Source: a bacterium
GTDB lineage: Bacteria > Patescibacteriota > Saccharimonadia > CAILAD01 > JADZBC01
Length of the DNA stretch: 62,145 bases
Assembly: GCA_020852295.1 (NCBI GenBank)
Contig: JADZBC010000015.1
Location: forward strand, 1-62,145
Reading direction: 5' to 3'
Part shown: positions 19,454 through 28,746 of the stretch, piece after piece
How positions within the stretch are numbered: the first letter of the stretch is position 1
Layout of the letters: each line of letters starts with the position of its first letter
Translations under genes and position numbers: made by a program
The notes under the pieces: generated by a model
What the model was told of the DNA's origin: nothing
What the model saw: the letters and a program-made list of their open reading frames with translations, nothing else
Database searches by the model: none

Positions 19454-20815
19454 TCAGGCCAGCGCAGCCTCCTCAGCCTCGAGCTCCGCGCGTCGTCGCG
19501 CGATCTCGGCCAGCCGCTGCTGGCGCTCAGCCTCGGCCGCCTCGAGCTCGTCCACCCGATGCTGGAGCGTGGCGTTGCGCTCGGTGAGCTGCTCGACACG
19601 CGCTGCCAGCTGCTCGATGAGCTCCTCGGCCACCCTGTCGGCCTCGGCCTGGGCCTGGCTCGCGTCCTCGTGACGCTCACGCACGGTCCGCAGACCAGCC
19701 TCGACATCGATCGGGTCGAGCTCGACGAAGAGCGTGCCGTCACCAGCGGGTTCGGCCGACGCTGCATCAGCTGAGCCAGCGACCGCAGAGCCGTTGATGC
19801 CCAGCCACTGCCGACCAAGGTCGGTGATGGCGAGGCTCTTCGGGCGCTGCGTGCCCTCCCGGTCGACCAGCCCCGCCTTGACGAAGGCGGAGATGATGGG
19901 CGACAGCTCCGACTTGTCCATCGACAGCTGATCGGCGAGTTCGGCCGTAGCCTGACCCGATGAGCTCTCGATGGGCCCGTTGTCGGCGAGCCACTTCAGG
20001 ATGTCGCGATCGTCCTGATCGAGATCATCTGGTTCTGTATACGTAGCCATCGCTGGCCCTACCTTTCCTTGGTCGCCTCCCTTCTGGGGAGTGTCTTCTT
20101 GGGTTGGTATTGCTGTGGCGCCTGCTGTAGCCAGACCGAATTCGTTGAGCCCCTCTTCAGTTACCAGGTAGCCGATCTGATTCTCCTCACTCTCTTCGAT
20201 CCCCGCGATCCAGCCGCGCACCATCATGCTCGTCAGGAGCTTGAAGAAGCGTCCTTCCGACATGCCGAATCGACGCGCAAAGAGAGCGTCATCATCACCA
20301 GATGGCACGACTACGAGGTTGTTGTCGGCCAAGATGAACTGCACGAGTCGCAGCTGTTCTTCGCGCGATATCACAGGCTCCGGTGAGGCAGGTGCAACGC
20401 TTGGTCTCATTACCGGCTTCGGCGGTAGTCGTGGCGGCTGAAAAGCCTTGTGATCCGGCTCTGCGAGCTGGGGTGCCACGAAGACGTATGTGCCCTCCTT
20501 GCGTTCGATCGCACGCCTTCGGCGAATCCGCCGACGCTCACGCTCTGAGAGTCCGCCCCAAATACCGAACTTCTCGCCAGTGGCGATAGCGTACTCGAGA
20601 CAGAACTCACGTACGACGCAGCCCCTGCAGACCCCCTTGGCCTCCTTCGTCGAGGCGCCACGCTCTGGGAAGAACAGATCTGGATCGACACCGAGACAAT
20701 TGGCGCCATCACGCCAACCCATGTCATCAGTATCAAACCCAGGTTCCCCTTCGGTCTCACCTTCTTCTTCAGCGTCATCATCATCGCCCATGAGGGCGAT
20801 GTCTTCTGCAGACAT
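19454..20815 (-). CDS. WhiB-like (Wbl) Fe-S transcription factor domain fused to wHTH-like segments and a C-terminal coiled coil
   Basis: 453 aa, high GC. Residues about 35-105 match the Wbl pattern: C-X27-C-X2-C-X5-C (NCLGVDPDLFFPE...VCRGCVVREFC), the GIWGG turn, then the basic ERERRRIRRRR. Downstream are MarR/ArsR-like segments (e.g. TAELADQLSMDKSELSPIISAFVKAGLVDREG) and an Ala/Glu/Arg-rich heptad tail. SD AAGGAGGG upstream. Confidence 0.8.
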   Translation of the reverse strand: MSAEDIALMGDDDDAEEEGETEGEPGFDTDDMGWRDGANCLGVDPDLFFPERGASTKEAKGVCRGCVVREFCLEYAIATGEKFGIWGGLSERERRRIRRRRAIERKEGTYVFVAPQLAEPDHKAFQPPRLPPKPVMRPSVAPASPEPVISREEQLRLVQFILADNNLVVVPSGDDDALFARRFGMSEGRFFKLLTSMMVRGWIAGIEESEENQIGYLVTEEGLNEFGLATAGATAIPTQEDTPQKGGDQGKVGPAMATYTEPDDLDQDDRDILKWLADNGPIESSSGQATAELADQLSMDKSELSPIISAFVKAGLVDREGTQRPKSLAITDLGRQWLGINGSAVAGSADAASAEPAGDGTLFVELDPIDVEAGLRTVRERHEDASQAQAEADRVAEELIEQLAARVEQLTERNATLQHRVDELEAAEAERQQRLAEIARRRAELEAEEAALA

Positions 20816-20855
20816 GTGCCCTCCTTGGCCTAGATTTTCAAGCTACACATCTTTG

Positions 20856-20869
20856 CGAACAAGTCCGCG
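20856..20869. repeat. Inverted repeat arm IR1-R (CGAACAAGTCCGCG)
   Basis: Perfect reverse complement of 19427-19440. Lies in the predicted 5' UTR/promoter-proximal region of the WhiB-like gene. Confidence 0.9.
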
Positions 20870-20948
20870 TGTACTAAATCTAAACCTTATCGAGAAAATC
20901 AGCAATGCACAAAATGCACAAAATGCAGCCGCGGATTTGGTGAGAATG

Positions 20949-21458
20949 CTACCATTGCCAAAATGGCTTGGGGACACGTACTTTTTGACTTCTGCGACCG
21001 CCGCCCATCTGATAGCCAGTCATGTCAAAGTATTTTCCCAGTACAGCGAGCCAGTTATGGCGCAGCCATTGGCGCTGATCAAGAAAGAGCTGCTCTAGTC
21101 CTCGCTCGGCAAATTCTCGCCTAATTACACCTCCGCTGTGAGGATGTTGTTGCTTTTGTTGCAACGGTGAGTTAAAGCCATGGGCATAGTGTGTCATTTC
21201 GTGCACGATTGTTGCGCGTATCACGAATTCGGGCACGTCCAGATCTTGAAAGATAGGGTTGACGGTAATGATTGAGGTGACTCGGTCGACTGGATCGAGC
21301 CGGATTGAGCCTAGCTGACGCTTAGCCTTACGCCCATAGACGATTCGTACGTCATTTTGCTGCGGCACATCGATGAAATGTTTGTACCAAATATCAGCCA
21401 GCAAGTTCTCAAGCCACTCCTGATCACGATAGGAATCTTTGACGAGCATTCTACTCAT
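20949..21458 (-). CDS. Putative zinc metallopeptidase (HExxH; SprT/DUF45-like)
   Basis: 169 aa with IVHEMTHYAHG. 4-nt overlap with the upstream helicase gene. Confidence 0.5.
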   Translation of the reverse strand: MSRMLVKDSYRDQEWLENLLADIWYKHFIDVPQQNDVRIVYGRKAKRQLGSIRLDPVDRVTSIITVNPIFQDLDVPEFVIRATIVHEMTHYAHGFNSPLQQKQQHPHSGGVIRREFAERGLEQLFLDQRQWLRHNWLAVLGKYFDMTGYQMGGGRRSQKVRVPKPFWQW

Positions 21459-24274
21459 ATAAGCTCCTCCAGCGACTGGATATTCATCTGGCCAGAATGA
21501 AACCGATTATTACGGATGCCATCTGCTACCGAAGCTATCTTTTCAAGAATTTTTTCTGTATTGATCCGGTTGGTCGAAACTAAAATGTCACTATCGACAA
21601 AATCGAGCGACAACTGCTGCACAGACTGCTCGTGCAGTCGCTGCCAAGCCAGGGCGTAGATACCAAGCTGGATATTACCGCTCAACCGCCTTTTTGCAGC
21701 AGCCTCACCACTCAACTCAGAGGTCTTATAGTCGCGGATCTCAATCTGACCATCGCGATCATACACTGCGTCAAAGCGACCATTGATGCGCACCTTGATA
21801 TTTTCTAGGCTTAATGTGAAAGGCTCCTCAACATATGTCGGCCAATCATGGTCAGCTTCATGTTTCTCAAAAAACTTTTTCAGGACTACCCTACCGCGTG
21901 CTTTGCGCTCTAACTCATGCTCTTTAGAGGCAAAGCCCTCACTGCGCCAGGTTTGCTCAAACTCTTCAAGCAATTCGTTACAGGTTATCGGCTTTCTCTG
22001 CAGCTTAGCGCGATTATAGAGCTCAATCGCATTATGAATAGCCGAACCATACACCATCGCATGAAACGGCCCTTTTGGCATGTTGAGTAAGTGAAGTACC
22101 CAAAACTGGCCCGGATCGCGCAAGTAGTCATCAACCTGCTGGGCCGACAAATGTAGCCAACCATCATGAAAAAGCTGAGCTGCTAAATTGACATACTGAT
22201 CTGGTTTTTTGGCAAAATCTTCGATATGTTCCAGTCCGAGCGCCGAAGTGGTCGGTGCTGGCGTAATGATTTCTCCAAGCGTCTCGGCAATAAATGGTGA
22301 TGGTTTGCGCGGTCGTGTCTTCCCGTAATCTGCAGAGCTCGTGATGTAAAGTTGGCTTTTTGCGCGCGTGAGCGCTACATAAAATAGACGTCGCTCCTCC
22401 TGGATATGCCAGTCGCTACTGGATTTGACTGGGACAAGATCTGCCGGCAACGGCAGCTGGTCGGCCTGGCGACGACTCGGAAACACCTGATCAGCCACCT
22501 CAACGATAAATACCGCCTCAAATTCTAAACCCTTCGCGCGATGCACTGTCATGACCCGTATGGACTCATCATCCAAAGGTGACTCGACCGCGTTCAGATC
22601 TGAAGAGCTATCGAAGATCTCACTCATGTACTGGCCAAAGCCAATTGCCGATGGGTCATCGCTCACGGCTTCAAAATCCTTGATAAACCGAAAGAACTTC
22701 GCGATATTTTGCACCTTAATGGCAGATTCATTATCTGAATCAGCCCGTTCGATAAGCCGATCTAGCACGCCCGACTCCTTGAGATACTGATAGAGCAACT
22801 GTCCGACGGAGAGCTCTTTGATCTGTTCTCGCAATAACGTGAGCGTTACCAATGTCTGATAGACGACTTCTGGCTGCTGTTCAGAGATTACCTGACTTAG
22901 CGACAAATGAGAGCGACGCGCCTGAGCCATCAAAGGCTGCACACTATGAATATCCATCCTGTGATATTCGCCAATCAGGCAGCGATAAAGCGCCCCACTA
23001 TTTTCTGGGTCGATCAGAAAATCAATTAGGCTAACCAGGCCTTTTATCTCGGTTTTTTGCAGAAGGTTATCCGGGGCGGATGAGTTAGCTTTAATCTGAT
23101 GACGAGTCAGTGTCTGGACGACATTTTTAATCTGGGAATTTTTGCGTACTAGAATGGCGATATCTCGAGGCGCCACTCCAGTCCCGATCAGTTCCTTGAT
23201 CTGTAGCGCCACCCAGTCGTGCTCTTTTTGGATAGTGTCGAAATGATAATAACTTGGTCGATCCCCCACACGGGTAGCTTTGAGTTGCTTTGAAACTTTA
23301 TTTTGTACCTCGAGTCGATCAGGATTATTGTGCTGAATTAATCGATATGCACTATCTAGTATCTGTTGAGATGATCGATAGTTGTCAGTTAGTACAATCT
23401 GCACGGCTCCAGAGTAGTCTTTCTTAAAATCTAAGATATTGCTGATAGCGGCACCACGAAAACGATAGATTGACTGATCATCATCACCTACAACCATGAT
23501 ATTTCGTTGTTTATTTATCAACGATTTGAGCATATTTGCTTGGGCAGTATTGGTATCTTGATACTCGTCTACCAGGATAAACTTGAAGTTTGATTGGTAC
23601 TGTTCTGCTATAGAAGGACGATGTTGCAATAGCTCGGTGCTCAACACGATCTGGTCACCGAAATCCAGTTGACCAGAGCTACGACACTCTTCCACATAGA
23701 GTCCATACAGCATCGAGAGCTCATTGAGTCGGATGCGCTCCGACTGATCAATCTTTGTGTCCTTTTGCTTTAACCTGACGTACTGCTGGTACTGCTGCGC
23801 AGAAATTGATTCGTCTTTGAGCCGAGAAAAGTGGCCAAGAAGCGCATCAACGAATCGAAATGGGCTCCCGAGCGGTGCGAAATACTCTAGTTTTTGTCTG
23901 CGCAACAATTGCCGCAGAAAAACTACCTGCGAAAAATGACTCATGACACGAAAATCTGGACTTAGACCAATTTCTAGGCCATGGTCTCGTAAGATTTGGT
24001 CTCCGAGCGCATGAAAAGTCATGATTTGGGTGTTCACAAACCCCATGGGCACCAAGATGTCCACCCGCTCCTCCATCTCAGCCGCAGCTTTATCGGTGAA
24101 AGTTAGTGCCAAAATTTCATTTGGCTTAGCGTGGCCCTGCTCGATGAGCCAGGCAATTCTACGGGTGATGACGGTGGTTTTGCCCGTGCCTGCCCCTGCC
24201 AACACTAAGGCCGGGCCATTGACATGGGTTACGGCATCAAGCTGCGCTTTATTGAGTCCGTCGAGTAGCTGCAT
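21455..24274 (-). CDS. UvrD/PcrA-family DNA helicase with C-terminal PD-(D/E)xK nuclease domain
   Basis: Walker A AGAGTGKT, motif II LVDEYQDT, further SF1 motifs (VGDDDQSIYRFRGA, TVHRAKGLEF). C-terminal GRFDAVYDRDGQIEIRDYKT. Start chosen at MQLLDGLN, 7 nt after TGCTATAAT. Confidence 0.85.
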   Translation of the reverse strand: MQLLDGLNKAQLDAVTHVNGPALVLAGAGTGKTTVITRRIAWLIEQGHAKPNEILALTFTDKAAAEMEERVDILVPMGFVNTQIMTFHALGDQILRDHGLEIGLSPDFRVMSHFSQVVFLRQLLRRQKLEYFAPLGSPFRFVDALLGHFSRLKDESISAQQYQQYVRLKQKDTKIDQSERIRLNELSMLYGLYVEECRSSGQLDFGDQIVLSTELLQHRPSIAEQYQSNFKFILVDEYQDTNTAQANMLKSLINKQRNIMVVGDDDQSIYRFRGAAISNILDFKKDYSGAVQIVLTDNYRSSQQILDSAYRLIQHNNPDRLEVQNKVSKQLKATRVGDRPSYYHFDTIQKEHDWVALQIKELIGTGVAPRDIAILVRKNSQIKNVVQTLTRHQIKANSSAPDNLLQKTEIKGLVSLIDFLIDPENSGALYRCLIGEYHRMDIHSVQPLMAQARRSHLSLSQVISEQQPEVVYQTLVTLTLLREQIKELSVGQLLYQYLKESGVLDRLIERADSDNESAIKVQNIAKFFRFIKDFEAVSDDPSAIGFGQYMSEIFDSSSDLNAVESPLDDESIRVMTVHRAKGLEFEAVFIVEVADQVFPSRRQADQLPLPADLVPVKSSSDWHIQEERRLFYVALTRAKSQLYITSSADYGKTRPRKPSPFIAETLGEIITPAPTTSALGLEHIEDFAKKPDQYVNLAAQLFHDGWLHLSAQQVDDYLRDPGQFWVLHLLNMPKGPFHAMVYGSAIHNAIELYNRAKLQRKPITCNELLEEFEQTWRSEGFASKEHELERKARGRVVLKKFFEKHEADHDWPTYVEEPFTLSLENIKVRINGRFDAVYDRDGQIEIRDYKTSELSGEAAAKRRLSGNIQLGIYALAWQRLHEQSVQQLSLDFVDSDILVSTNRINTEKILEKIASVADGIRNNRFHSGQMNIQSLEELI

Positions 24275-24281
24275 ATGTATC

Positions 24282-24290
24282 ATTATAGCA
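24282..24290 (-). promoter_or_regulatory. Extended -10 box TGCTATAAT, 7 nt upstream of the helicase ATG
   Basis: Minus strand reads TTGCTATAATGATACATATG, the same architecture as at pheA. Confidence 0.45.
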
Positions 24291-24325
24291 ACCATCCTAT
24301 CTGGAATAAATCAAGGATAAATGTT

Positions 24326-26401
24326 ATGCTAGCGCTATTACCAATTACGCGTGTGATGGACGATCAATATATACATCGAGTCGCCAAGTTAATACCCTTT
24401 GCTGTCAAAAATAAGTCGCTGCCGACGATGGCCTTCTCTTACCACTTTGAGCCACCAGTCGATGACAACGGACGACTTGGTAGTTTTTTTGTTGTGATCG
24501 AGATTATGGCCAAGCAAGCGCTGGCCAGCCAACTGATCGACCTGATCATCAAAACGATTGGTGAGATCTACTACAACGAACAGTATGAAGCCGAACCCGA
24601 AGAACGCTTTGAAAAAGCGCTTCGTGAAGTTAATGGCCAGATAAAACAGCTATTCTCTGGACACGATAAAGAGTGGCAAACCAAGATCAGTGCGATTGTC
24701 GGCATTATCAATCGCGACCAGCTCATTATCTCGCAGGCTGGCTCGGCAACAGCCTTCCTCTACCGCAACCACCACACGACCAGTCTAGCTGACGAATCAA
24801 CCAAGCGCACCAGGAGTGACAAGGTCTTCGCAAACCTAACAAGCGGGCAGCTCAAGCCGCTGGATCGAATACTACTCGCTACCCCGGCGGTGATGTTTCA
24901 ATTCTCCTTGTCCGAACTGCGCGAGATCATCACCGACAACAGTCCAAATGCAGCGGTCAATAAACTCTCGAGCGTCCTGGCCGATCGCACCAATGCTGAA
25001 CGGTGTGCGGCAATTGTCGTTGAAGTAACAACTCCGGAAATCGCTGCCGAAACGCCGCTGACACACGTTCCAGATGAAGTAATGATCGGACAAGCACCAA
25101 CTGCGATCAATCGGACCAAAGACAAGGCAGCGCCAGTCGCGAAAAAGTCGCTCCATCTCGCAAAACAAGCGGCTGAAAAAACCAGCGAATTCACGAAGGA
25201 AAGAGTGATTCCAAAGCTCAAAGAGCGCTCGAAAACCAGCTGGAATCGGCTATGGACTGAATATATTAACCCGAACCCGCGACGTGCCCTTGTGGTGCTG
25301 GCGTGCGTGCTCGTGGTGACATTTGTTGCAATTAGCTTCCTGGGGTCGATCAATCCAAACCGTGCCGAAATCCTCAAACTCTACAGTCAGTCGCTAGACT
25401 ACAAATCTCAGGGTGAAGCAGCACTGCAAAAGGGAGACAAACTTACCGCAAAAGACCGGCTCAAGAAAGCCGAGGACCGCCTCAAGGCCATGCAAAAACT
25501 CCAAACTAACACCGACCAGCTCAACATCACCATCCAGAGTGCCAATCCAGATAAGCCAAATTTCTCTGACACTTCGAAGCAGGTAGAAGCACTGCTCGAC
25601 AAATCGCAAAACATTTCTCGCCCCAATACCGTACAAGTCGCCGACCTTAGCACAGTTAAGGATGGTCGCTTTAGCTTCGTTGCCAGCCTTGGCACTACCC
25701 TGTTTGCACTCGATACCAGCAGTGGAGCCATTTACAAATACGACCCATCCGAAGGTGAAGCGATTAAGGTCGCTGATGATGAAGGGCTGAAGAACGTTGT
25801 AGCACTTACAGCAAGCTACTCAGGTGACGGAGTCTTCTTCCTGACAAAAGACTCCGCGGTTTACTTCTTTCGCTCTGCAACCAACAATCTCAGCGCACTT
25901 CGTCTCAACAGTGGCACCTGGCAGAACGGCAACGCCATTGCCAGCTACCTGAGCAATCTATACATCCTCTCGCCAAAACAAAATAAGGTTTACAAATACG
26001 TATTGAGCGGAACTCGTTACAACGAGGCAATCTACACGCGCGGCGACGATGCATCTATCAAGACAGGTACTGGTCTGGCCATCAATGGCAGTGTATTTGT
26101 TAGTAAAAGCAGTCCCAGTGTCGCCTACTTTGAGAATGGCTATGAAAAGCCATTTGACGTCAGTGAACTATCCCTCATCCCATCTGGCATAGGTGCGCTG
26201 AGCTGGCAAAACAATACCGCAACGCTCGTCGGCCTCTCCCTCGAACAGGACAGGCTTATCGTTATTGGAACGACCACAGCCACCCCTCAACTCAAATCTC
26301 AGCTAATCCCAAATGGAGTCAACAAGATCGACAGCTTTAGCGCAACTGATGACACCATCTATATACTCAGTGGCAATAAGATTTATAAACTCAACAATTA
26401 A
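24326..26401 (+). CDS. Hypothetical membrane protein (N-terminal cytoplasmic domain, one TM helix, coiled coil, C-terminal beta-rich ectodomain)
   Basis: Start at the ATG preceded by AAGGA. TM segment ALVVLACVLVVTFVAISFLG. The N-terminal domain has a weak PP2C/SpoIIE-like flavour (low confidence). Confidence 0.55.
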   Translation: MLALLPITRVMDDQYIHRVAKLIPFAVKNKSLPTMAFSYHFEPPVDDNGRLGSFFVVIEIMAKQALASQLIDLIIKTIGEIYYNEQYEAEPEERFEKALREVNGQIKQLFSGHDKEWQTKISAIVGIINRDQLIISQAGSATAFLYRNHHTTSLADESTKRTRSDKVFANLTSGQLKPLDRILLATPAVMFQFSLSELREIITDNSPNAAVNKLSSVLADRTNAERCAAIVVEVTTPEIAAETPLTHVPDEVMIGQAPTAINRTKDKAAPVAKKSLHLAKQAAEKTSEFTKERVIPKLKERSKTSWNRLWTEYINPNPRRALVVLACVLVVTFVAISFLGSINPNRAEILKLYSQSLDYKSQGEAALQKGDKLTAKDRLKKAEDRLKAMQKLQTNTDQLNITIQSANPDKPNFSDTSKQVEALLDKSQNISRPNTVQVADLSTVKDGRFSFVASLGTTLFALDTSSGAIYKYDPSEGEAIKVADDEGLKNVVALTASYSGDGVFFLTKDSAVYFFRSATNNLSALRLNSGTWQNGNAIASYLSNLYILSPKQNKVYKYVLSGTRYNEAIYTRGDDASIKTGTGLAINGSVFVSKSSPSVAYFENGYEKPFDVSELSLIPSGIGALSWQNNTATLVGLSLEQDRLIVIGTTTATPQLKSQLIPNGVNKIDSFSATDDTIYILSGNKIYKLNN

Positions 26402-26412
26402 GCACTAAGCGT

Positions 26413-28128
26413 CTACATTTTGTCAGGCACTGAGAGCCCAAGCATATCAAGACCAGTCTGCATCGTGCGGACAAATGCCTCATTGAGTCGCAGCCGACGC
26501 GATCGGTCATCGGCAGCCGCCTTGAGGATATCAGTCCCATTGTAGAAGTTGTTATAGTGCTGTGCCAAAGTATAAAGATAGTTTGCGATGGCATTGGGAC
26601 GATTCTCGCTCACAGCCTCGCTCACAGCCTTCGGCAAACGATCGATGAGTAACATCAGCGCACGCTCAGCATCAACAGGCCCCTCTGAAGCGTTCTCGGC
26701 CGCCGTAGTGGTGCTTTTGGCCCGCTCCGCAATCGAACCCGCTCTAACTACTGTATAGAGTAAATAGGGTGCGCTATTACCTTCAAACGTAAGCATCTTA
26801 TCCCAGTCAAACTGAATGTCACTTTGACGATTCTGAGAAAGAGTATTGTATTTCAGCGCACCGACAGCTAAGACGTCAGCTAACACCGCCTGTTCATTAT
26901 CCGTCAAACTACCGGACTTCTCCGCCACTAGCTTACGGCTTCGTTTTTTTGCTTCGGCAATAAGCTCATGCAAAAGCAGGATATTGCCCTTTCGGGTGCT
27001 CATCGACTTATCGGCAAACCGCATCCGGCCAAATCCAACGTGTAGATTGGTTGCATCGGTGAGCTGCAAAGCCTCAGCGACCTCAAAGACTTGCTTAAAA
27101 TAAAAACTCTGCGCGTTATCGACTACAACCATCATCAGATCAGGCTGCCAGGTCTTCTCCCAATAGGCAATTCGAGCTAAATCCCGCGTTAGGTACAGTG
27201 TCGCCCCATCTTTTTTCTGGACGATCGCCGGAGGGAGGTCCGGCTCTTTCATCTGGTAGACTAACGCTCCCTGGCTCGAAGTAAACACGCCAAGCTGCTT
27301 GCCTTTCTCAATAATGCCTGCGAGATCCTTCTCGTAAAAGCTCTCGCCATGAATGACATCGAACTCAACGCCTAGTTCATCATAGATCGGCTGTATTTCG
27401 GCTCGGCTCCAGCCCACAATCTTCTGCCATAGTGCCCGATTCTGCGGATCGCCGTCTTCAAGCTTTTTGTATTCAGCCCGTGCTGCGTCATCAAGCTCAA
27501 CGTCATTTTCAGCTTCGATATGAAACTGGACGTACAGCTTTAGAAGCTCAGCGATCGGATCTTTGTCGATTTTTTCAAGATCACCCCATGATTTAACCGC
27601 GTGAATGAGCTTTCCAAACTGCGTGCCAAGATCGCCAATAAAATTATCGGCCACGACCTCAACACCAACCCGGCGATAGGTCCGCTTGATAGCATCGCCA
27701 ATAATGGTCGAAAGCAGGTGATGTACACCCATTGGCTTGCCGATATTGGGGTGTGAGTAGTCCATAACAAGCTTTTTACCCTGCCAGTCAGCAGACTCAG
27801 CAATAATATAGCTGTCAAAGTCTTTTAAGACATTGGCTATCTGCTGCTGCAAATACTCATCGGCAAAACGTATGTTAATAAAGCCAGGCCCTGCAGTTTC
27901 AACTGATGTCAGGGCCTCGTCGCTACGAAGCATTTCAACGATATCTTCGGCTAAATCGAGTGGCTTCTTGCCTTCCTTTTTGGCAAGCTGCATCGCAATA
28001 TTGCTCGCAAAATGGCCGAATTGCAGATCGGTCGGACTGATAGTGGCTGCATAGTCAAAATCGTCGCCAAACCTGTTGCCGAGTTTTCCTGCGAAGATTT
28101 TTGCTAACTGCTGCTCAAGTGTTTTCAT
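26413..28128 (-). CDS. argS: Arginine--tRNA ligase
   Basis: Class I aaRS: HPNIGKPMGVHH (HIGH region), MSTRKG (KMSKS variant), C-terminal DALR-type anticodon-binding domain. Start ambiguous: ATG at 28128 or 28137, TTG at 28164. Confidence 0.92.
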   Translation of the reverse strand: MKTLEQQLAKIFAGKLGNRFGDDFDYAATISPTDLQFGHFASNIAMQLAKKEGKKPLDLAEDIVEMLRSDEALTSVETAGPGFINIRFADEYLQQQIANVLKDFDSYIIAESADWQGKKLVMDYSHPNIGKPMGVHHLLSTIIGDAIKRTYRRVGVEVVADNFIGDLGTQFGKLIHAVKSWGDLEKIDKDPIAELLKLYVQFHIEAENDVELDDAARAEYKKLEDGDPQNRALWQKIVGWSRAEIQPIYDELGVEFDVIHGESFYEKDLAGIIEKGKQLGVFTSSQGALVYQMKEPDLPPAIVQKKDGATLYLTRDLARIAYWEKTWQPDLMMVVVDNAQSFYFKQVFEVAEALQLTDATNLHVGFGRMRFADKSMSTRKGNILLLHELIAEAKKRSRKLVAEKSGSLTDNEQAVLADVLAVGALKYNTLSQNRQSDIQFDWDKMLTFEGNSAPYLLYTVVRAGSIAERAKSTTTAAENASEGPVDAERALMLLIDRLPKAVSEAVSENRPNAIANYLYTLAQHYNNFYNGTDILKAAADDRSRRLRLNEAFVRTMQTGLDMLGLSVPDKM

Positions 28129-28191
28129 GTTGCCCATTATATCAGCTAACAGGTTGGAGCCCAATTACCCAGAATCGGATATAATAAAGCC

Positions 28192-28650
28192 ATGAAAATC
28201 ATCGCTAAAAATAAACGAGCTCGCTATGACTACGAGGTAAAGGATATTTTGGTAGCTGGCATAGTGCTTAGCGGCGCCGAAGTGAAGAGCGTCAAGGCTG
28301 GGCATGCCTCGCTCAAGGGTAGCTTCGTGACGATTCGCGAATCTGAGGCCTACCTGACCAACGCTCATATCAACCCATACAAATTTGCCAGCAACCAAGC
28401 AAGCTATGATCCAACCCAATCGCGCAAACTGTTACTACACCGTAAACAGATCGATACCCTACTCGCACAGATCAAATCCGAAGGCATGACTGCAGTACCG
28501 CTTGCGATAGGTCTCGAACGCGGCTTAGTCAAAATCGAGATTGGCGTGGGGCGAGGTAAAAAACGTCACGACAAACGCGAAGTGATCAAAAAACGCGACA
28601 TGATTCGCGATGCAAATTTAGAGATCAAATCTGGAAAAAGGGCTAAATAA
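28192..28650 (+). CDS. smpB: SsrA-binding protein
   Basis: 152 aa. NKRARYDYEV...GIVLSGAEVKS...L..H, with a basic C-terminal tail typical of SmpB. Confidence 0.95.
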   Translation: MKIIAKNKRARYDYEVKDILVAGIVLSGAEVKSVKAGHASLKGSFVTIRESEAYLTNAHINPYKFASNQASYDPTQSRKLLLHRKQIDTLLAQIKSEGMTAVPLAIGLERGLVKIEIGVGRGKKRHDKREVIKKRDMIRDANLEIKSGKRAK

Positions 28651-28686
28651 TACATAAGTACTATGCTTTAGCATAGTACTTATGTA
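28651..28686. terminator. Bidirectional hairpin between convergent smpB and fba
   Basis: Perfect 16-bp stem TACATAAGTACTATGC / GCATAGTACTTATGTA with loop TTTA. Confidence 0.7.
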
Positions 28687-28746
28687 TATGGGGTATTGTT
28701 TGCCTCAAGGTAGGCTCAAAGCTGATGGCAAATATTTTGCGACCTG

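Larger units (their letters stand above)
19395..20835. other. High-GC island 1 (putatively foreign DNA, single gene)
   Basis: Hand count 44/60 G+C for 19501-19560 against 27/60 for 18001-18060. The composition change coincides with gene boundaries. Confidence 0.8.
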
